NCBI GenBank assembly: GCA_964016885.1
Contig: OZ024753.1
Coordinates: forward strand, 3,782,001 to 3,846,000
Reading direction: 5' to 3'
Origin: Eledone cirrhosa
Lineage: Eukaryota
DNA length: 64,000 nt
Shown: positions 59,865 to 64,000 of the stretch, one piece after another
Numbering within the stretch: position 1 is the first letter of the stretch
Layout of the letters: every line of letters begins with the position of its first letter
Notes under the pieces: model-generated
Database searches by the model: none
What the model was told of the DNA's origin: nothing
Seen by the model: the letters and a program-made list of their open reading frames with translations, nothing else
Translations under genes and position numbers: made by a program

Positions 59865-60240
59865 CGGCCTTTTACGTTTTGACTTGAAATCCCACCGAGG
59901 TTAGGTTTGCGTTTCCTCCTTACGGGGTCGATAAAATAAAGTACAAATCACGCACTAAGGTCGATTTAATCGACTTTTCCATCCTGCCAAAATTAAAGGC
60001 CTTGTGCCTAAAACAGAAACTATTAGGTTGGCAGTATTAGTAGAGGTTCGTACGCTATCCTTCGCAGCATAGATTTATGGCCCTTTACGTTTCAGAGTTC
60101 AAATCCAGCCGAGGTTAAATTTGACATTCAACCTTACGGGGTCGATAAAATAAAGTACCAGTAACAAACTGAGATCAAGTTAATCGTCTTTCCCATCCTT
60201 TCCCATCTGCTAACCTTCTGTCAATAGTAGAAACAAGAAT
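59865..60240 (+). mobile_element. Two tandem Meta-like SINEs
   Basis: 59865-60025 and 60026-60240, each with ccttacggggtcgataaaataaagtac. Confidence 0.85.
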
Positions 60241-60932
60241 TGGTTGCTCAGGGTTTAGCTTCCTTTTGTTACTCTCTTGAACACTTTCATTACATAGGAA
60301 TACATTAACATTACTTATATTTAGATCTTTATGGAATTTTTCTTTTCAGAGTGAAATATCGATATCAAATTGTTTTCATATCTTCTTTATAGAAACCATC
60401 GCTGTCATTCAATGTGATAGATTTTACAATGAAGAAATCCATTTCCTTTCATTACGGCCAAACGTTAAACAACGAAAAAATACACACAAAAATAAAACAT
60501 GTTTCTCTAGTGAAAATCCAAACACAACTCTAAACCAAACGAATGAATTCAGCTAGATATGTATTGAAGATAAGCTCAAGGTTTTCTTCATAAAAGCAAT
60601 CATGCATATTGTCTGTATGGATAAGAAGCTAGTTGTATATGGAATTGTTAAATCAGATGGATCCCATATAAGAGAGAGACCTGTAAAGACGAATGTTGGA
60701 ATGAAATGTTGACAGCAGATATCAAGAATCTAACGAGGAAAGAAAATAACAAAGAAGTACGGCGACACGTATTGCGGGATAAGACTTCTCGTTCAGATAT
60801 TGTATCGATAAAATAACGGTTACGGTGATCGAAGTTGTGAGCCATAATATATAATATATTACTTTTTTGCTTTTATTTCCCGCTACATTTTTTCTCTTTT
60901 TGTCTTCTGTTTTTGTTTTTCTTAATTATAAT

Positions 60933-61121
60933 TGTTTCTACCTTTTTGGCACAAGGCCAGCAATTACCCAGTGCATTACTGGTACTTTATTTTATCGACT
61001 CCATAAGGATGAAAGGCAAAGTTAACCTTGGCAGGATTTGAACTCAGAATGGCTAGGGCCGCAACTCTATGCGTCAAAGCATGGTGCCCGACCCTCTACC
61101 GATACTGCCAATCCACCGCCA
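60933..61121 (-). mobile_element. Full-length Meta-like SINE with 17-bp TSD
   Basis: TSD tttttcttaattataat at 60916-60932 and 61122-61138. The 5' end is tggcggtggattggcagtatcgg. Confidence 0.9.
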
Positions 61122-61635
61122 TTTTTCTTAATTATAATAAGTATTAGATATCTCTCCTAGTTTTATATAGTTTATCAGCTCTATACGGATGTTCAGATTC
61201 ATTAAGTGAATACGCATCAACATTTGCGTCCCTCGACAATTCATTGATTCCCGTTTTACTCAATTACAGCCCTTCTATTTGTTATTCTATGCTGCCTTTG
61301 AAATGAACAATGTCTCTAGATCAGTCGGTATTTAATACACCTTGGTCTATCCTGCTTTATCATTCTACCCCACTACAATCACGACTATTGTGTAAAGAGT
61401 GGTAACCTGACCTCACCCCTTCTACCATATATCCTTCATAGACCACTATTCTCCCTTGCAGTCACCCAATTCTATTCCAACCATCACTAGCTCTTTTATC
61501 AATCTCTATTATAATCATTGAACCCATTACACAACTCGTTGCCTCCCTGCCTCTCTCTCCTATATATATATATATATTTATAGTGAAATAAAATAAAAAG
61601 GGCGATTGGTTACTCCTTCATTACGTTTATTTGTT

Positions 61636-61720
61636 GCTGACGCACGTTTCGCCACTGATCAGCTCAAGGTTATATCTGTATCGATCTAACCGGCTCAGTA
61701 ATCCGCGGCCCGTCAGACTC
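61636..61720 (-). ncRNA. Hammerhead-like motif with long stem II (core A9>G)
   Basis: Minus strand reads gagt-CTGACGG-gccg...tggc-GAAAC-gtgc-GTC-agc. Shares ttgagctgatca with 15658-15705. Confidence 0.45.
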
Positions 61721-61762
61721 CTTATAATGGTAATGGAAAAATGACTCCAAGTTACACTCCCT

Positions 61763-61824
<62 letters not shown>

Positions 61825-63805
61825 TGTATTACGCCCGTCCGTTGTTCATTGTTCATATACTTCACTCTATTCATCTCTGACTTCAATCCTTCACTCTCAC
61901 ACTATTTATATCTCTCTTATCACACTTTATTGAAGTAGCTAACTCGATCCCCTGCACTTCCATTACTTGTCCTTGCATCACCTTATCTCCATCAATGTTT
62001 AGCTGCGTATCATTGCGTCTCTTCCAATAATCACTTCCTAAATATCCCATTCACCGTGTCTCTCCCACATGGCATAGTTATAATTTTCTATTCATCTACT
62101 CGATCCCATTTGCCTTGAACCAACGGAGACAACCTGGAGTACTGAGAGAGGGCTCATAATGTTTGCAAAGGACAGTACAACGCTTCTAGTGCTGGTGTCA
62201 CTATAAAATACATCAAAACACACTTGAAAGAGAACGTACGATAGGTAAGAATTTGAAGTCTAATGTCCTTGCCACGATAACATGTAGCTAGTACAATCTA
62301 TATATATTTCACAACACTTCTAAACGCATAGTAACACTACCAGCTTGGAAGGCAGATTTAACATGAGGAGGATGATGATGATTATGTCGGTGATAAATAT
62401 TACGATGATGACAATGAAGATGATATTCCTAATAATGATATTGATCATAAAGACGAGGATGATTATCATCATCATGACGATGTATTTTAATCCTATCTAT
62501 TTCTTATTCTCTGTTTAACCTTCTTTCCTATAAAACTCATAAACTTTTGGAAAAGAAATCTCATCTGCTTCATAATTCAATAAATCAATATTTTCTTTCT
62601 TCCAATCACCTATGTGTTCAAATATTTCGATAGTTCAAAGTTTTTCTCCTAATAACTGCAGAAGATGTCTCATAAGCCCGCTGATGCGATAATTCGATAG
62701 TTCAAAGTTTCCATCTCTCAATAATTGACGTTTTCATTCACTCGAATAGAATAATGAAAAAATTTAATCTTATTAAATATTATTAATTCGAATCTAAACT
62801 GTAGATCCGACAGCGATGGATCGATAATAAATATTTAGTAAATTAAAACTAAATTTGTAATTAAAGTTGAAATTAATTTGAAAAAAGAAATCTGTAACTG
62901 GGCAACATCGATCTTAACTTCAACTGTAGATCGAATGAATAGAAGAAGAAAAAGAGAAAACATCCTTTAAAATGTTAAATTATATAAGAGAAAGACTGAG
63001 TAATTTAGAAGAAAACGGTGAGATCGACATTGTATTCCCCATGATAATAATCGAACTACATCCTCTACCACCTCACCGTCCTCTTCATCCCCTCTTCATC
63101 ATCATCACCACGATAATAATCCAGCTCCCCTATTTCTACTCCCTTATTTCTTCTCCCCTTCTGCTCCAGTCTCCTTCTCAAACTCCTCTTCTACTCCATC
63201 ATCATATTGATTATCGCCGTAATTAAGTACCTGCAGCATGTGGTCTTCTTGTGTTCAGAGTTTAGGATGATTATATCAGATAAGATCCAATGCAATAGAT
63301 AACAATTTTTCGTTTCGCGATAAATCGTTCGTTTTCTAAAAAATTAAAATGTTACGACGTTCTTTATTATTTTGGGACTGGGGAATGATATAACTCATCC
63401 AAAGCGTTCTAACAGATGAACCACGCAATCGGTGAAAAATCAAGATTTGCCATCAATAGAGGGCTAGTGAAAACTATGGTCGAAGATGTCCTGAGAGCAA
63501 TTCTGGGTGTCAATGAAAGTCTGAGTAACCGGTTCTGGAATATTTTCGGGTAGGGTATAAGGATATTTTATGAAACATCTTATATTGTGCCACCTCACCT
63601 ATATAACATTTGTATTGTGTCCAATATGTTAATAAAAGAAATCACTACCTCTACTACTACTACTACTAATAATAATAATACAACCATTACAATAACAAAT
63701 GCTGCTACTACTACTAATACTACTGGTAAACAACTTTACATTGTTAATTCCAGTTTTTTACCTTTCGAAAATAAACACCACGGAAGTCATTTGTGCCTTT
63801 CATCC

Positions 63806-64000
63806 TTGGCACTATCGGTAGAGCATCATACAGCAAGCTTTGTAGCACATAGTTATTGCCCTTTATGTTCTGAGTTCTAACACTACCGAGGTTAGCTTTG
63901 CCTTTCATCCTTACAGAATCGCTAAAATAAAGCATCAGTAATGCACTGGAATCGATTTAATCAACTTCCCCTCCTCTCCCCCAAATTTCTGGTCTTGTAC
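63806..64000 (+). mobile_element. Meta-like SINE (runs off the window)
   Basis: ttggcactatcggtagag...tctgagttctaac...gctttgcctttcatccttac. Confidence 0.85.

Noticed and set aside
63416-63553. 45-codon ORF MNHAIGEK... after a possible splice acceptor
   Set aside because: No recognisable domain. DEPR and LVKTMVED hint at a decayed mariner transposase, but this is too weak to call either way.

Overview
Very AT-rich, repeat-saturated eukaryotic DNA (intergenic or a large intron) with no supportable host protein-coding exon, rRNA, tRNA gene or CRISPR array. The SINE repertoire and the multi-kb (TA)n/(TATACA)n arrays look like a coleoid cephalopod (Octopus-like) genome; that is an inference. Almost all long ORFs in the track are translations of microsatellites. 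Recognisable protein remnants: Penelope-like (PLE) RT plus GIY-YIG (32363-33530, split by a CR1 RT fragment), two RTE-clade fragments (24600-24900, 46180-47490) and a Helitron PIF1-helicase C-terminus (53406-53770). There are also many copies of one Meta-domain-like SINE, V- and Nin-domain SINE relics, non-autonomous Helitrons, a mariner-type MITE and a 606-bp TG...CA element in (TA)n. The main signal is a set of short, unrelated elements in or beside (TA)n that carry minimal hammerhead-ribozyme motifs (CUGANGA-stem II-GAAA-palindromic stem III-UH). Several form fold-backs (short arm / turn / long arm plus tail), often turning at or beside the stem-II hairpin. One family shows flip/flop orientation of its loop. 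This suggests a (TA)n-associated, ribozyme-bearing, hairpin-primed family of non-autonomous PLE derivatives. All calls were made by eye and need computational confirmation.
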